This document shows positions 9,002 to 19,427 of a stretch of 64,000 bases of DNA, one piece after another (position 1 is the first letter of the stretch; each line of letters opens with the position of its first letter). The DNA is taken from IMG/VR virus record IMGVR_UViG_3300038968_000070, positions 1 through 64,000 of that record; one strand, 5' to 3'. Position numbers and translations under genes: made by a program. The notes under the pieces were generated by a model. It worked only from the letters and a program-made list of their open reading frames with translations, made no database searches and was not told where the DNA came from. Source of the DNA: a virus. Taxonomy: Duplodnaviria; Caudoviricetes.

Positions 9002-10828
9002 ATGGACACCGGCCCCGAGATCGAGATCGAGCTGTACGACACCCCCACGAAGGCCCCCGTTACCGCGCCCGGCGCCGACCGTGCGGCGGCGACGCCCCCC
9101 GCCGTGCTGGCCACGGCCGCGACGTTCCTCGTGTGGTTCGTGGTCTACTTCGGGCGCCTCGGCGCCCGCGTCGCCGCTCGTGAGCGTGCGGAGGCTGCCG
9201 CCCGCCGCGCGACGCTGGCGCCCGCGCCCGTCGCGCCCGCGCCCACGGCGCCCGCCGCGGCGCCCGCCGTCGACCCGCTCACCGAGGCGCGCGAGGCGCG
9301 CGCCGCGTGGGAGGCGGCGGATCTGCGCTGGGAGGCGCACCCCCGCGACGGGTGGGCCGGCCTGGTGTCGCCCTTCCTGCGGGGCTGGGACGGCCGCGAC
9401 TGCCGTGACGCGCTCAAGCGCGCTGGCGCCCGGTGGGACGCGGGCGCGAAGTGGTGGGAGTGCCGCGTCGCCGCGGTGCCCGCCGTCAACGAAGTGTGCG
9501 CGCGCTACTACGGGCGCGCCCCGGTCGCGTTCGTCGAGGCGCCGCGCATGACGGCCGCGCCCGCGGCGCGTACCGCGACCCCGCCGCGCGGCGTGCCGAT
9601 CTCGTCGCTCGTGCCGCAGGGCGCCCCGGCGCGTACCGTCACCCTCACGAACCCGCTTTCGCAGCGGGAGCCGCTCACGCTGGACGCGGCGACCGGCGAG
9701 CGCGTCACGGCGCCGCCCGCGCCGCGCACCGACGTCGCTCCCGCGCTCGCGGCGGCCCTCGGCGAGACCACGGCGCCCGCGCCGACGGAGCGCCAGGTGA
9801 TCCCGACCGTGACCGCGAGCGCCAGCGACAACGCGGCGGCGATCGAGCGGCTCGCGCTCGCGAGCCGCGCCCGCCGCACGAACGGCGCCCGCCGTACGGT
9901 CGAGACCCCCGAGCAACGCGAGCGCCGCGAGCGCCTCGCTGCGGACATCGCCGCGCGCCGCACGCTGGACAACGCGATCACGGTCGCGCTCGCCGGCAAC
10001 CCGGACGGGGAGTACCCGCACGGTTGCCTCGCGGCGTGGCACCCGTCGGGTGAAGTCCGCTGGTCCGTCGTGGCCGACGCCGCGGCCGCGGCCGGCGTGT
10101 CGCCGCCCGCCGAGCGCTCGCTCCGGGCGATCGCCGCTGACGCCGTGCGCACCATCGAGGGCGGCGGGCTGCGCGTGTCGGTGGTGAAGCGCGGCTCCCG
10201 GTGGGCCGTGTACCGCCCCGCCCGCGTGACCGAGGCCGGCGCCTCGGTGGGCGAGGCGCAAGTGGTCGCCGAGCTGCAAGGCGACGCGCTCGTCACCGAC
10301 GGCCCCGAGGATCTCTGCGCGACCGTCCGCGACGCCTTCAACCGCGCCCGTCGCGAGGCGGTGATCGGGTCGGCCGAGGTGACCGCATGGCTCACGGCGA
10401 TCTGTCACCAGCTGCGCGGCGTGTCGACCGTCTACGGCCGTTGGATCCCGCCCGGCCGCGCCACCGACACGTGGCGCCGCGTGACCGAGGCGCTGAACGC
10501 CGCGCGCCTCCCGCTCCCCTCGCGCCCGGCCGCCGTGGCAAGCCGCGCGGACGTCGCCGAGGAGATCGCCGGCGGGCTGCGCCGCGAGATCGAGGCCGAG
10601 GTCGCCCGCATCGCCGAGGACGCCGCCCGCGAGAACTACGGCACGCGCGCCGCGGTGTCGGCGCTCGTCGACCTGGCGGCCCTCCGTGACAAGGCGCGCA
10701 TGTACGCCGTGATCACGGGCCCCGGCGCGCTCGATGCCGCGCTCGCGCAGATGGACGCGCTCGCGGCCAAGCTGGAGCCGCTCGCGGATGACACGTCGCA
10801 GCGCGGCGCTGCGCTGGAGCTGTACTAG
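9002..10828 (+). CDS. Large hypothetical early protein
   Basis: AGGAAGG RBS; N-terminal hydrophobic segment; ALKRAGARWDAGAKWWE module; helical C-terminus. Confidence 0.65.
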   Translation: MDTGPEIEIELYDTPTKAPVTAPGADRAAATPPAVLATAATFLVWFVVYFGRLGARVAARERAEAAARRATLAPAPVAPAPTAPAAAPAVDPLTEAREARAAWEAADLRWEAHPRDGWAGLVSPFLRGWDGRDCRDALKRAGARWDAGAKWWECRVAAVPAVNEVCARYYGRAPVAFVEAPRMTAAPAARTATPPRGVPISSLVPQGAPARTVTLTNPLSQREPLTLDAATGERVTAPPAPRTDVAPALAAALGETTAPAPTERQVIPTVTASASDNAAAIERLALASRARRTNGARRTVETPEQRERRERLAADIAARRTLDNAITVALAGNPDGEYPHGCLAAWHPSGEVRWSVVADAAAAAGVSPPAERSLRAIAADAVRTIEGGGLRVSVVKRGSRWAVYRPARVTEAGASVGEAQVVAELQGDALVTDGPEDLCATVRDAFNRARREAVIGSAEVTAWLTAICHQLRGVSTVYGRWIPPGRATDTWRRVTEALNAARLPLPSRPAAVASRADVAEEIAGGLRREIEAEVARIAEDAARENYGTRAAVSALVDLAALRDKARMYAVITGPGALDAALAQMDALAAKLEPLADDTSQRGAALELY

Positions 10829-11013
10829 GCGCGCCCACGCGGCGCCGTGCGCCGCGCGACGGCCGCGCCGTCGCCCGTCGGGGGAAGCGCATCGGGGGTG
10901 TCCATGGCCCCGAGCGCGAACCGTGAGAAACCGACGGGCGCCGCCTCGACCGCCGCGCGCCGCGCGAGCGCTGCGACACCCCTTCCCCACCCCCGACCAG
11001 GAGAGCAACGCCC

Positions 11014-11565
11014 ATGGCCACTACCCCGACCCCGCAGACCACCCCGCGCCCGGCGACGGCGCCCGACCCCCGCACGGCCGTCGCCGCCCGCGACCGCGGT
11101 ACGAACGGCTGCGACCGCTGCCGCGAATGGGAGCGGCTCAAGATCACGCACGACGGCGGCCCGCCCAACCCCGATCTCGCGTGCGGTGACTGCGGCGAGC
11201 GCTCGGTGCGCGTGCACCGGCTCGTGCTCGCCGAGATGACCGCGGCGTGCGCGCCCGACGCGCCGACCCCGCCCGGCACGACGGTCATCGTCGTGCGCAC
11301 GCTCAACTACTACGGCGCCGGCCCCACCGTCGCCGCCGCGCTCGCCGAGTGCCGCAAGGCCGGCGGCGCGCGCAACCTGCGCACGCACGGCTACGTCGCT
11401 CACCGGCTGCCCGATGGGATCGTCGAGTGGTCGATCGGCGCCGTCGACGGTCACCTCTCGTGGTCGTGGGGCGACATCGACATGGGCGGCGGCCAGGCCG
11501 GCAAGCTGCCGGACGCAACGCTCGTGGTCGACAAGCGCACGAAGCGCGCGAAGGGAGGGCGGTAG
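11014..11565 (+). CDS. Hypothetical protein
   Basis: AGGAGAG RBS; CDRC and CGDC motifs. Confidence 0.6.
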   Translation: MATTPTPQTTPRPATAPDPRTAVAARDRGTNGCDRCREWERLKITHDGGPPNPDLACGDCGERSVRVHRLVLAEMTAACAPDAPTPPGTTVIVVRTLNYYGAGPTVAAALAECRKAGGARNLRTHGYVAHRLPDGIVEWSIGAVDGHLSWSWGDIDMGGGQAGKLPDATLVVDKRTKRAKGGR

Positions 11566-11567
11566 TC

Positions 11568-12044
11568 ATGCGCCCGGACGGCGCCGACGTCGCCGACGTC
11601 GCGCTCGACGTCGCGCGCTCGCAGCGCATCGAGCGCGACGAATTCCTCCGCGTCGTCGCCCTGAGCGCGCAGGCCGCGCAGGCGTTCGCCGGTCGCAAGG
11701 ACGAGCCCGAGGATCTCGGCCCGCCCGTCTACCCCGACCGCTACGCCCCCGGCGCGCGCGTGTGGGGCTTCCGCGCCGTCGAGTGCGCGGTGACGATCGA
11801 GTCGTCGCTCGCGCTGGCGCAGCCGGCGACCGACGCTGAGCGCGCGATGACCGTCGACGAGTGGGACACGCTCCGCGCGCTCTGCGCGATGCAGGCGGCC
11901 GCCGAGGCGCAGCACGCCACCGACGCCCGCGCGCGGGGGAGCCGCTCGGTCACGGCTGAGCACGACGCGAAGCGCTACAGCGCGCTCGCGGTGAAGTGCG
12001 AGGCGCGCATGAGCGCGCTCCGCGCGGGGCGGGTGATGCCGTGA
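11568..12044 (+). CDS. Hypothetical protein
   Basis: GGAGG RBS; high GC3. Confidence 0.55.
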   Translation: MRPDGADVADVALDVARSQRIERDEFLRVVALSAQAAQAFAGRKDEPEDLGPPVYPDRYAPGARVWGFRAVECAVTIESSLALAQPATDAERAMTVDEWDTLRALCAMQAAAEAQHATDARARGSRSVTAEHDAKRYSALAVKCEARMSALRAGRVMP

Positions 12045-12736
12045 TGACCGTCTATCAAGCGCGCGTCTACGACGCCTTGCGGTGGGTCGCGCAGGAAGCG
12101 ACGGCGCTCAAGATGACCGGCCACGCGCTCCCCGACGGGTCGCGGCTCCGCGAAGCGCTCGCCGCGCTCACGGAGGCGTACGCGGCGTCGGCCGACGACG
12201 GCGACGAGCGCGCGATGGCGGCGCTCCGTGACGCCGCCGTCCGTGCGCTGCCGCTGCTCTGCCGGCTCGGTGACTTCATCGGCAACGGCCCCGTCGACCC
12301 GTACAACCCCGATAGCCTCGGTGAGCGCTGCGACGTGATCGGCGCGCTCCGCGGCGCGCTCGCGGCGCTCGGTGTGCCCGAGGGCGAGATGGCGCCGACG
12401 CGCGCGGCGACCGCCGATCGCACGGCGCTCGTCCGCGAGCGCATGAGCGCGCTCGACGCCGCGCTCCGCGTCGTGCTCGACGCCGCCGAGGCGGCGATCG
12501 ACGCGCACCCCGGCCTGACCCGCGCGATGCGCGACGTGCCGGACTTCGTCGCCGCCGACTACACCGCCGAAGTCTCGCGGTGCCGCCTCGGCTACACCGT
12601 GGCGTGTCAGGTCTACAGCGCGACCAACAAGCGCACGCGCACCCCGACGCGCATCACCGGGTTCGGCGAGACCCTCGCCGACGCGATCGTGGCGTTCGAG
12701 GGCGGGCTCGACGCGTGGGCGGTGGTGCTCAAGTGA
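12044..12736 (+). CDS. Hypothetical protein
   Basis: Stop/start overlap; high GC3. Confidence 0.55.
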   Translation: MTVYQARVYDALRWVAQEATALKMTGHALPDGSRLREALAALTEAYAASADDGDERAMAALRDAAVRALPLLCRLGDFIGNGPVDPYNPDSLGERCDVIGALRGALAALGVPEGEMAPTRAATADRTALVRERMSALDAALRVVLDAAEAAIDAHPGLTRAMRDVPDFVAADYTAEVSRCRLGYTVACQVYSATNKRTRTPTRITGFGETLADAIVAFEGGLDAWAVVLK

Positions 12737-13092
12737 ACGCGCAAGAGCGCGCGGCGTTCGCCCGCGAAGCGGCTGCGATGGACCGGCTGATCGCCCGTGA
12801 GCGCGCGAAGCTGCCCACGGTCAAGGTCGAGCGCGCGCTCACGCGGACGCACTACGACACCGTGCGCGGCTGGGAGGTCTTCCACGTCGGCGGCGACATG
12901 GTCACCGCGCGCGACATCGCGACGGTCGTCGGCTGGTGCCTCGCGCGCGACGGCGGCGAGGGCATCGGGGTCACGGTCGTGCGCGGCGCCGCTCACTTCG
13001 ACGGTGTGGGAGTGTTCCACGAGGGCACCATCACGATCACCATCTCGGCCGCGTGCGCGACGCGGCTCTACTCGCCGACGGGGGTGCTGTGA
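12733..13092 (+). CDS. Hypothetical protein
   Basis: GTGA overlap; high GC3. Confidence 0.5.
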   Translation: MNAQERAAFAREAAAMDRLIARERAKLPTVKVERALTRTHYDTVRGWEVFHVGGDMVTARDIATVVGWCLARDGGEGIGVTVVRGAAHFDGVGVFHEGTITITISAACATRLYSPTGVL

Positions 13093-13394
13093 TGCCGCCG
13101 CGCACGACCGACCCGATCGCCGCCGCGACCGTTGATGCGACGCGATGGTTCAACGAGAACACGATCCACGCCGCGCGTGACTACCTGCACGCCGCGCGTA
13201 GCGGTGTCTCGACGCTTCCCGACGAGGCGCTCATCAACGCCATGGGCTCCACGTGGGTCATGAAGCAGGCGACCGGTCAGGGGCTCGGGGACTTCACCGC
13301 GGACGCGTGGGAGCGCTACGGCCTTCCGTGGTGCTGCGCGTACAACGACGCGTACCTCGCGGCGCTCGAAGAGCTGCTCAAGGAGCACGTGTAA
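13092..13394 (+). CDS. Hypothetical protein
   Basis: TGATG overlap; high GC3. Confidence 0.55.
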   Translation: MPPRTTDPIAAATVDATRWFNENTIHAARDYLHAARSGVSTLPDEALINAMGSTWVMKQATGQGLGDFTADAWERYGLPWCCAYNDAYLAALEELLKEHV

Positions 13395-13675
13395 TGCTCG
13401 TCTACGACCCCAACAAGCGCGCGCCGATCGGCCCCGGCCTCTATGCTACGCCGGTCCCTGCCCCCGACGTCGCCGATCGCGGCTGGGAGATCGCCGTCGT
13501 CGACGACGGGCGCGGCAACTGGTGGGTCATCGTCAACGACGGGCTGACCGTCCACACCGGGGCGACGTGGAAGCGCGAGAGCGACGCGCTCGTCGACGTC
13601 GATCGGATGATCCTCTGGCTGCTCGACATGGGCGAGTTCGCGCGGGCGCGCACCGGCGCTGCGGGGAGGAACTAG
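13394..13675 (+). CDS. Hypothetical protein
   Basis: AAGGAG RBS, TAATG overlap. Confidence 0.55.
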   Translation: MLVYDPNKRAPIGPGLYATPVPAPDVADRGWEIAVVDDGRGNWWVIVNDGLTVHTGATWKRESDALVDVDRMILWLLDMGEFARARTGAAGRN

Positions 13676-13677
13676 AG

Positions 13678-14250
13678 ATGCCCGCATCCGTCAACGAACG
13701 CCGCGAGGCGCTCATCGCCCACCTGACCGCGCTCGCCGCTGACGATCGGCGCGGCACCGTCGGCACGGTCGCTGACGCTCTTGGCGTCAGCACCACGACC
13801 GCGCGCGGGATCCTCGACTACTTCGCCGAAGAGGAGGGGCTCGTCGCGTGCTACCGCGAGCCGCGCGGGCGTCACGGTACGTGGATCTGCACGTACGAGC
13901 TGAACCCGCCCGACGAGCGCGGGACCAAGGCCGAGCGCGCCGCGCGCCGCACCGAGCGACACGAGGCGTCGATCGCGCTGTGTCAGCGGCTCAATACGCA
14001 GCTGAAGGCGCTCGGGATCACCGCCGAGGCGACGGAGGAGTGGGACGGTGGCGCCGAGTTGTCGACGCTGGCGCTCGATGACCTGCGGCGCCTGGTCGAC
14101 GCACTCGCGGCGTACCGACACACGCACGACGCCGACTGTGCGTCGTTCCTGCGCGCCGACGGTACGTGCACCGTCTGCGGCGTCGCGCACGGCGAGCCGT
14201 GCGGCGCGTGTGGCGGACGCGGCTTCCACGTGGCGGGGTGCACGGCGTGA
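13678..14250 (+). CDS. Winged-helix HTH protein with C-terminal Cys motifs
   Basis: TVGTVADALGVSTTTARGILDYF; CTVC and CGAC. Confidence 0.55.
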   Translation: MPASVNERREALIAHLTALAADDRRGTVGTVADALGVSTTTARGILDYFAEEEGLVACYREPRGRHGTWICTYELNPPDERGTKAERAARRTERHEASIALCQRLNTQLKALGITAEATEEWDGGAELSTLALDDLRRLVDALAAYRHTHDADCASFLRADGTCTVCGVAHGEPCGACGGRGFHVAGCTA

Positions 14251-14646
14251 GGAAGATCGCCCACCCGAGCCCGGCGCCTACGGCGCCGTCTACGCCGCCC
14301 GCGGCGCTCACCGGCACGGTCAGCGGCATCTGCGGCGCGCCGCCGGGCGGCTGTGGCGGCGGGCGCCGTCGCCGCGTCACCGCCGAGGCCGACCGCTGGG
14401 GGCACGCCTCGTGCCCGAGCTGTGGGTCGGAGCTGATCCGGGTGCGCCCGTCGCCCGGTCCGGTGCAGGTCGACGAGGCGGCGCTGCGCGTCGAATTCGA
14501 CACGACGGATGACCGTACGACCGTCGCGCGCGAACTGCCGGTGTACCTGGACGTTCGTTGGGGCGACCGTCGGCGACTCGCGAACGGTCGGAGCTGGGCG
14601 CCGCTCACGCGCCGCGAACCCACGAGCGAAGTCGCGATCGCGCCGC

Positions 14647-14684
14647 TTGACACCGAGCCCCGCTAGCCCTATTCTCATACGAGA
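14647..14684 (+). promoter_or_regulatory. sigma70 promoter with overlapping operator
   Basis: TTGACA-N17-TATTCT; TTCTCATACGAGA at 14672-14684. Confidence 0.7.
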
Positions 14685-14743
14685 GCGCAAACCGCGCTCA
14701 CCGCCGGCCCTAACCAACCCCGGCGAGGAAGGACGAGTAGACC

Positions 14744-15010
14744 ATGAGCGAGTACATGTTCGGTGTGTCCCGCATCAAGCCCACCCGTCACGCTGCGCGC
14801 CTGATGACGCGGATCGCCAAGCGGCACGGCGCCACGCTCGTCGAGGCCGACATCCCCGGCACCGGCTACCAGCGCTGGTACGCGGCCCCGAACCGCGGCG
14901 AGCCCTTCGACCGCGCGCTCGCGCGGGCCGTGCGCGACGACGAGCGCGCGGCGGGGCTCGTCGACGACAACGACGAGCTGGCGGTCTCGTACCGGAGCGT
15001 GCGCCGGTGA
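14744..15010 (+). CDS. Hypothetical protein
   Basis: Purine-rich RBS; high GC3. Confidence 0.55.
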   Translation: MSEYMFGVSRIKPTRHAARLMTRIAKRHGATLVEADIPGTGYQRWYAAPNRGEPFDRALARAVRDDERAAGLVDDNDELAVSYRSVRR

Positions 15011-15357
15011 GTAACTACAACGTCACCACGACGGAGATCGAGATCGAGCACGGCGACCGCTACGGCGTCGAGGACACGTCGCAAGAAGAGCGCTGGTGCG
15101 AGACCTGCGGCGTATGGGAGGCGGAGAACTACGAGTGTGAGGCGCGCAAGGCGGCCCTCGAAGCCGAGGAAGCCGAGGAGCGCGAGGCGCTCACCCGGCG
15201 CACCAAGCTGATCTGCTCGTGCGGCAGCTTCACGTGCGGTGCGATCGTCCGGTTCGGCCTCAGCGTCCCGACGTTCGAGGGCGACATCCAGCCGATCCCG
15301 TCGCAGCACGTGCGCGACATCCGGGCCTTGGAGATCAAGGCCGCGGGGGGTCTCTAG
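15007..15357 (+). CDS. Hypothetical protein
   Basis: GTGA overlap; acidic, Cys motifs. Confidence 0.5.
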   Translation: MSNYNVTTTEIEIEHGDRYGVEDTSQEERWCETCGVWEAENYECEARKAALEAEEAEEREALTRRTKLICSCGSFTCGAIVRFGLSVPTFEGDIQPIPSQHVRDIRALEIKAAGGL

Positions 15358-15404
15358 ATCATGGGCGGAACCATCTTCGTCGGCGACGCCATGGAGGATC
15401 AACC

Positions 15405-15794
15405 GTGACCCTCCCCCTCCGCTCCATGACCATCGACCGCATGGGCAACATGAAGATCCGTGTCACCCCCGGCTCGAACCACTGCGGCGCCGCCGACAGC
15501 GTCCGCCCCGACGGGACGATCAACCTGCGCTACGTGCTCCGCGTGCAGTGCGCGCCGCAGACCGACGAGCGCGGGTTCCTCTTCGATCAGGCCGCCGTCG
15601 ACCGCTGGCTGCGCGCCGTCGCCACCGAGCAACCGACGTCCCTGTCGTGCGAGCTGCTCGCGCGCGACCTCGCCGAGCGCTTCATGAGCAAGCTCGTGCG
15701 CGAGCGACCAACGTGCGCGTTGCAGTACGTGAGCCTGCGGCTCGCGCCGTTCCCGTACAAGGCCGGCGTCACCGTGGAGTACGGGGCGCCCTAG
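15405..15794 (+). CDS. Hypothetical protein, possible QueD/PTPS-like T-fold
   Basis: GGAGG RBS; DERGFLFD and TSLSCELLA recall the PTPS G-x-x-x-D and T-x-E-x-LA motifs; no HGH metal motif. Confidence 0.35.
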   Translation: MTLPLRSMTIDRMGNMKIRVTPGSNHCGAADSVRPDGTINLRYVLRVQCAPQTDERGFLFDQAAVDRWLRAVATEQPTSLSCELLARDLAERFMSKLVRERPTCALQYVSLRLAPFPYKAGVTVEYGAP

Positions 15795-15889
15795 CGCGGC
15801 CCGGCCGCCCCGCTTCCCGAGGCGTATGCCTCGGTGAGCGAGTCGACTGGATCGAGCACTCTTCAACCCTCGACAGGAGAACCGACACC

Positions 15890-16339
15890 ATGAGCAAGCC
15901 CGCGGGCACCTTCGCCCTCTTCACCGTCCCCGGCGGTCACCGCTATTTCAAGCGCGCGTCCGACGGCGCGATCTTCCTCACCGACGACTCGGCGCAGGAA
16001 TACTTCCCGGTCGCGGTCGATAAGCCGATCACGGTCGGTGCGGGCGGCATCCGTATCCCGCTCGCGGGACCCTACGGTGTGACACCGGCGGACGCGCGCG
16101 AGGCCGAGATGTGCATCAAGCACCTCGGGATGTCGGTCCAGATCGGCGACACGGTGCTCGAAGACACGCTGCCGTCGCGCCTCAAGCCGTTGGCGGCGAT
16201 CGGCGATGTTCGCGTCGAGGCTGCGCTCGTCGCGTTCACGCGCGCCGCGCACGACATGACGCGGCGACCGAACGCGGGCGACCCGATGCGCGCGGGTGTT
16301 CGCGCGGTGCTGATCACCGTGCTCGGAGAGCAGTCGTGA
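15890..16339 (+). CDS. Hypothetical protein
   Basis: AGGAGA RBS; high GC3. Confidence 0.55.
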   Translation: MSKPAGTFALFTVPGGHRYFKRASDGAIFLTDDSAQEYFPVAVDKPITVGAGGIRIPLAGPYGVTPADAREAEMCIKHLGMSVQIGDTVLEDTLPSRLKPLAAIGDVRVEAALVAFTRAAHDMTRRPNAGDPMRAGVRAVLITVLGEQS

Positions 16340-17224
16340 AGCGCGCGCGGATCGCGTCGCTCGCGCCGACGCTCGACCAAGCCCCCGACGAGCGCCGCGC
16401 GATCGTCGAGTGGCCGTCGACGCCCGACGGCAAGCCCGTCGCCGGCTGCGTCGTCAGCGCCACACGCGCGAGCGACGGCACGCCGATGCTCGACGTCATG
16501 GACTGCGACCCGGCGATGCGTGTCCGCGTCGTTTGGGACAACCTCGCGCGGATGGCGATCAGCGACGCCGCGCTCGACCGTGCGCTCGCCGTCATGGGCT
16601 ACCGCCCGGCCTACCCGAGCGAGCACGAGCGCGCCGTGAAGCGGAAGGAGATGCGCGCAGCGATCGAGGTGGCGGTCTACGGCGAGCCGCAGGGCTTGTC
16701 CGCTTCGCGCACGCTCGCGGCCGCAGGTGAGATCGTCGACAACGCGCTCACGCATGAGACGCCGCCGTGCGCGGCAAGCATGGGCTGCCTCTGCGCCGGT
16801 CACGCGCGCGGCAACCCGGCGAGCGCGTCGTGCGACACGGTCGAGACGGCACCGACGGGCTCGTGCGAAGCCTGCGGTCGTGACGACGTCTTCCTGACGC
16901 CCGACGGCAAGCTCGTCAACCACGACGCGGGTGATCCGATCATCGATCCGTACAGGTCTTGTGCCGGCAGCGGTCAAGTGCCGGCAGCACCCGAGCACGA
17001 AGACGTCACCTACGTCTGCGTGTGCAGCTATCGTCTGGTTCGACGGGCCGTCGCGCGTTCGTCTGACGATCGAGCAGTTCGCCGACGCGGCTGATGCGCT
17101 CGTCGCTGCGGGCTGGAAAGAGATGGACGGTGGGCGGTTCCGCCGGACGACGACGCTGAAGGCGCTGCCGCAGGTGCTCATGCGGGTCGGCGAGCTGCTC
17201 GCCGAGAAAGGGTCTGCACCATGA
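16336..17224 (+). CDS. Hypothetical protein with an apparent +1 frameshift near 17020
   Basis: Coding bias moves from frame 16336..17094 to frame ..17224, which overlaps the next gene by ATGA. Confidence 0.4.
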
Positions 17225-17805
17225 TCCGTGGACTTCTCTTCAAGCACGTCACTGGTTGGGACACGATCCCCGCCGATACCAACCACACCGACCCGAATCG
17301 CTACGCAGGTGTCGTGACCGGCGCGGTCGTGCCCGTCATCCTGCACCCCGACGAGCCGGGTGGCGACACACAGCTCCGCGCGCTCTACGCGGCGATCGGC
17401 TGCGACATGATCGAGCGCGTCATCCTCGACGCCCAAGGCGACGCGGCCGAGCTGTACATCGACGAGGAAGGTCTGCTCCGTCAGGCCCCGCCAAATCGCA
17501 TGTGGTCGTATATCATGCCCGACGGCGACATCGCACAGGGCTGGTACAAGATCCTCGGGCACGCCGTCGCCGTCGGCGTAGACCGCGCGCGCGGTGTCCT
17601 TCGCACGCCGACGCTCGAAGAGGCGCACCTCGCGCTGGGGCTCGCCTCGGAGATCACCGATGGGCCGCGTGATCGCGTCGCGCTTCGTCGCTGGCTCGAA
17701 GACGGCGTGCCGTGGGTGGGCGCCGAGGTGGTCGAAGCCGGCCCGCGGCCGAGCGCCGACGCACGACCGATCGAGCTGTACCCGACACCGCGGGGGCGGG
17801 CATGA
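17221..17805 (+). CDS. DUF3846-like phage protein
   Basis: LYAAIGCDMIE...LYIDEEGLL...N...ILGHAVAVG. Confidence 0.55.
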   Translation: MIRGLLFKHVTGWDTIPADTNHTDPNRYAGVVTGAVVPVILHPDEPGGDTQLRALYAAIGCDMIERVILDAQGDAAELYIDEEGLLRQAPPNRMWSYIMPDGDIAQGWYKILGHAVAVGVDRARGVLRTPTLEEAHLALGLASEITDGPRDRVALRRWLEDGVPWVGAEVVEAGPRPSADARPIELYPTPRGRA

Positions 17806-18119
17806 GCGCGGCCAAGAAGCGTATCCGCCGCGACGCGCGCGAAGCCGCGTTCGCGCGGGACGGGCACCGCTGCCGCGTCTGCGGTGACGTCGGCGCCGAC
17901 GCGCACCACATCACGCCGCGCGAGGAGATGCCGAACGGTGGCTACGTCGCCGAGAACCTGATCACGCTGTGCTCGACGTGCCACGAGGGCGCCGAGGCGT
18001 GGCTCGCCGGCCGCGGACGCGATGACATGTCCGACTCGGCCTTTCGACCGACGGCGCTCTACGCGCGCATCGGTTCAACCTACGACCGCGCCGTCATGGC
18101 GTCGAGGAATCTCAAGTGA
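17802..18119 (+). CDS. HNH endonuclease
   Basis: RDGHRCRVCG...AHHITP...NLITLCSTCH. Confidence 0.85.
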   Translation: MSAAKKRIRRDAREAAFARDGHRCRVCGDVGADAHHITPREEMPNGGYVAENLITLCSTCHEGAEAWLAGRGRDDMSDSAFRPTALYARIGSTYDRAVMASRNLK

Positions 18120-18376
18120 ACACCCGCGCCCCCGCAGCGCACCCGCGCTCCGCCCCCGCCGACGCGCCGACCGTCGAGGCACGCGCGACGTCCGGCGCCG
18201 TACGTCGCATCGACATCCACTGGCACGCCGAAGGCGAGCACGGCGCCGAGAAGGCGACGATCACCGTCTACCGCCGCAACGACGGCGTGCCGATGATCGA
18301 CGTCGTGACGTCCGACGGCTCGCCGGTGGTCGTGAGCTACGATGGGGCGATCGACGGCGTCGAAGAGGTCGAGTGA
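18116..18376 (+). CDS. Hypothetical protein
   Basis: GTGA overlap; high GC3. Confidence 0.45.
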   Translation: MNTRAPAAHPRSAPADAPTVEARATSGAVRRIDIHWHAEGEHGAEKATITVYRRNDGVPMIDVVTSDGSPVVVSYDGAIDGVEEVE

Positions 18377-18708
18377 TGTCGGCTGCGCCAAAGCCGAACG
18401 CCGACACCGTCCTCGTCGAGATCATGTCGATCGAGGCTGTCGTGAACATCACACGCGGGGTCATGGGCGGCGATGTTACTGACGAGCTTGCGCGCCGCGT
18501 GGCCAACGCGCGTGAGGCGGTCGGGCCCCTCACTGCCGGTGAGTTGCACGATGGCGTCGCCGCCCTCTTGCGCGCCGTCGAAGATGTGCGCACGAAGGCG
18601 GGTGCGCTCCCCGAGCACGAGGCGGCGCCGCTACTCGACCGCGTCGCCGGGCTCAGCGACTCCGTCGAGGAGCTGTCGCAGCTGCTCTTCAAGAGAGGGC
18701 GCGCGTGA
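18376..18708 (+). CDS. Hypothetical helical protein
   Basis: TGATG overlap; GAGG RBS. Confidence 0.5.
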   Translation: MSAAPKPNADTVLVEIMSIEAVVNITRGVMGGDVTDELARRVANAREAVGPLTAGELHDGVAALLRAVEDVRTKAGALPEHEAAPLLDRVAGLSDSVEELSQLLFKRGRA

Positions 18709-18712
18709 AGCC

Positions 18713-19075
18713 GTGATCGTCGTCTACGAAGACGTCTACGGCCGTACGCTTCACGGCGTCACCGATGACCCGCACGGGCTCGTCGCCGAGCTGGTCATGG
18801 CCGGCTTCGTGATGATGAAGCACGCCGCGACGGCCAGGGTCTACGACGAGCGCCGCTCTCCGCACCCACTGACGATCGACGCTGCGGCCGTCAAGTGGTG
18901 GGTCGATTGGTTCAAAGTCTTGGAGCGCTTCCGCACAGCGACGCGCGAAGAGATCGAACACGAGGTGCGTGCGAGCAAGAAGCTACGCGCCATCGAAAAC
19001 GTTGTAGAGCGCATTCTAACCGAGCGCCGGCGCCGCTGGCCGCTCGACGAGGTGAACGATGTCGAAGCAAGCTGA
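18713..19075 (+). CDS. Hypothetical protein
   Basis: GTG start after GAGGG; high GC3. Confidence 0.45.
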   Translation: MIVVYEDVYGRTLHGVTDDPHGLVAELVMAGFVMMKHAATARVYDERRSPHPLTIDAAAVKWWVDWFKVLERFRTATREEIEHEVRASKKLRAIENVVERILTERRRRWPLDEVNDVEAS

Positions 19076-19427
19076 CACGCTCATGGACGACTTGCGCGAG
19101 CTGCTCCTCAAAGCGCTCGCCGACGCCGACGCCCCTGGCAAGGTCGTCAACCCGGTCTTCGACGCGCTTTTGAAAGACCACCGCACGGACTTCTGGGAGC
19201 TGATCGAGAACTTCTCCAACGAGCAATGGTCGATCGGCACGAGCGACGGCTGCGTGACCGGGCTCAGGCGCGCGCGCGAGGTGATCCTCGCCGCGGCTGG
19301 CGAGGCGTTCGCGGCGCGCAAGGACGACGACGCGCACGGGCTACGGAAGGCGGCGGCGTTGCTCGACGCGGAGGTGACCAAAGCTGAGGCGCGAGCGAAG
19401 ACGGCTCGGAAGGAGCGCGGGGCGTGA
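19059..19427 (+). CDS. Hypothetical protein
   Basis: GAGGTG RBS; high GC3. Confidence 0.5.
   Translation: MSKQADTLMDDLRELLLKALADADAPGKVVNPVFDALLKDHRTDFWELIENFSNEQWSIGTSDGCVTGLRRAREVILAAAGEAFAARKDDDAHGLRKAAALLDAEVTKAEARAKTARKERGA

Noticed and set aside
8948-11008. Long antisense and alternative-frame ORFs in the track (e.g. 8948..11008-, 21250..23091-, 53262..54689+)
   Set aside because: Shadow frames of high-GC3 genes: Arg/Ala/Gly-rich, with no motifs or RBS. The Arg-rich micro-ORFs I accepted differ by filling intergenic gaps and having their own -10 boxes.
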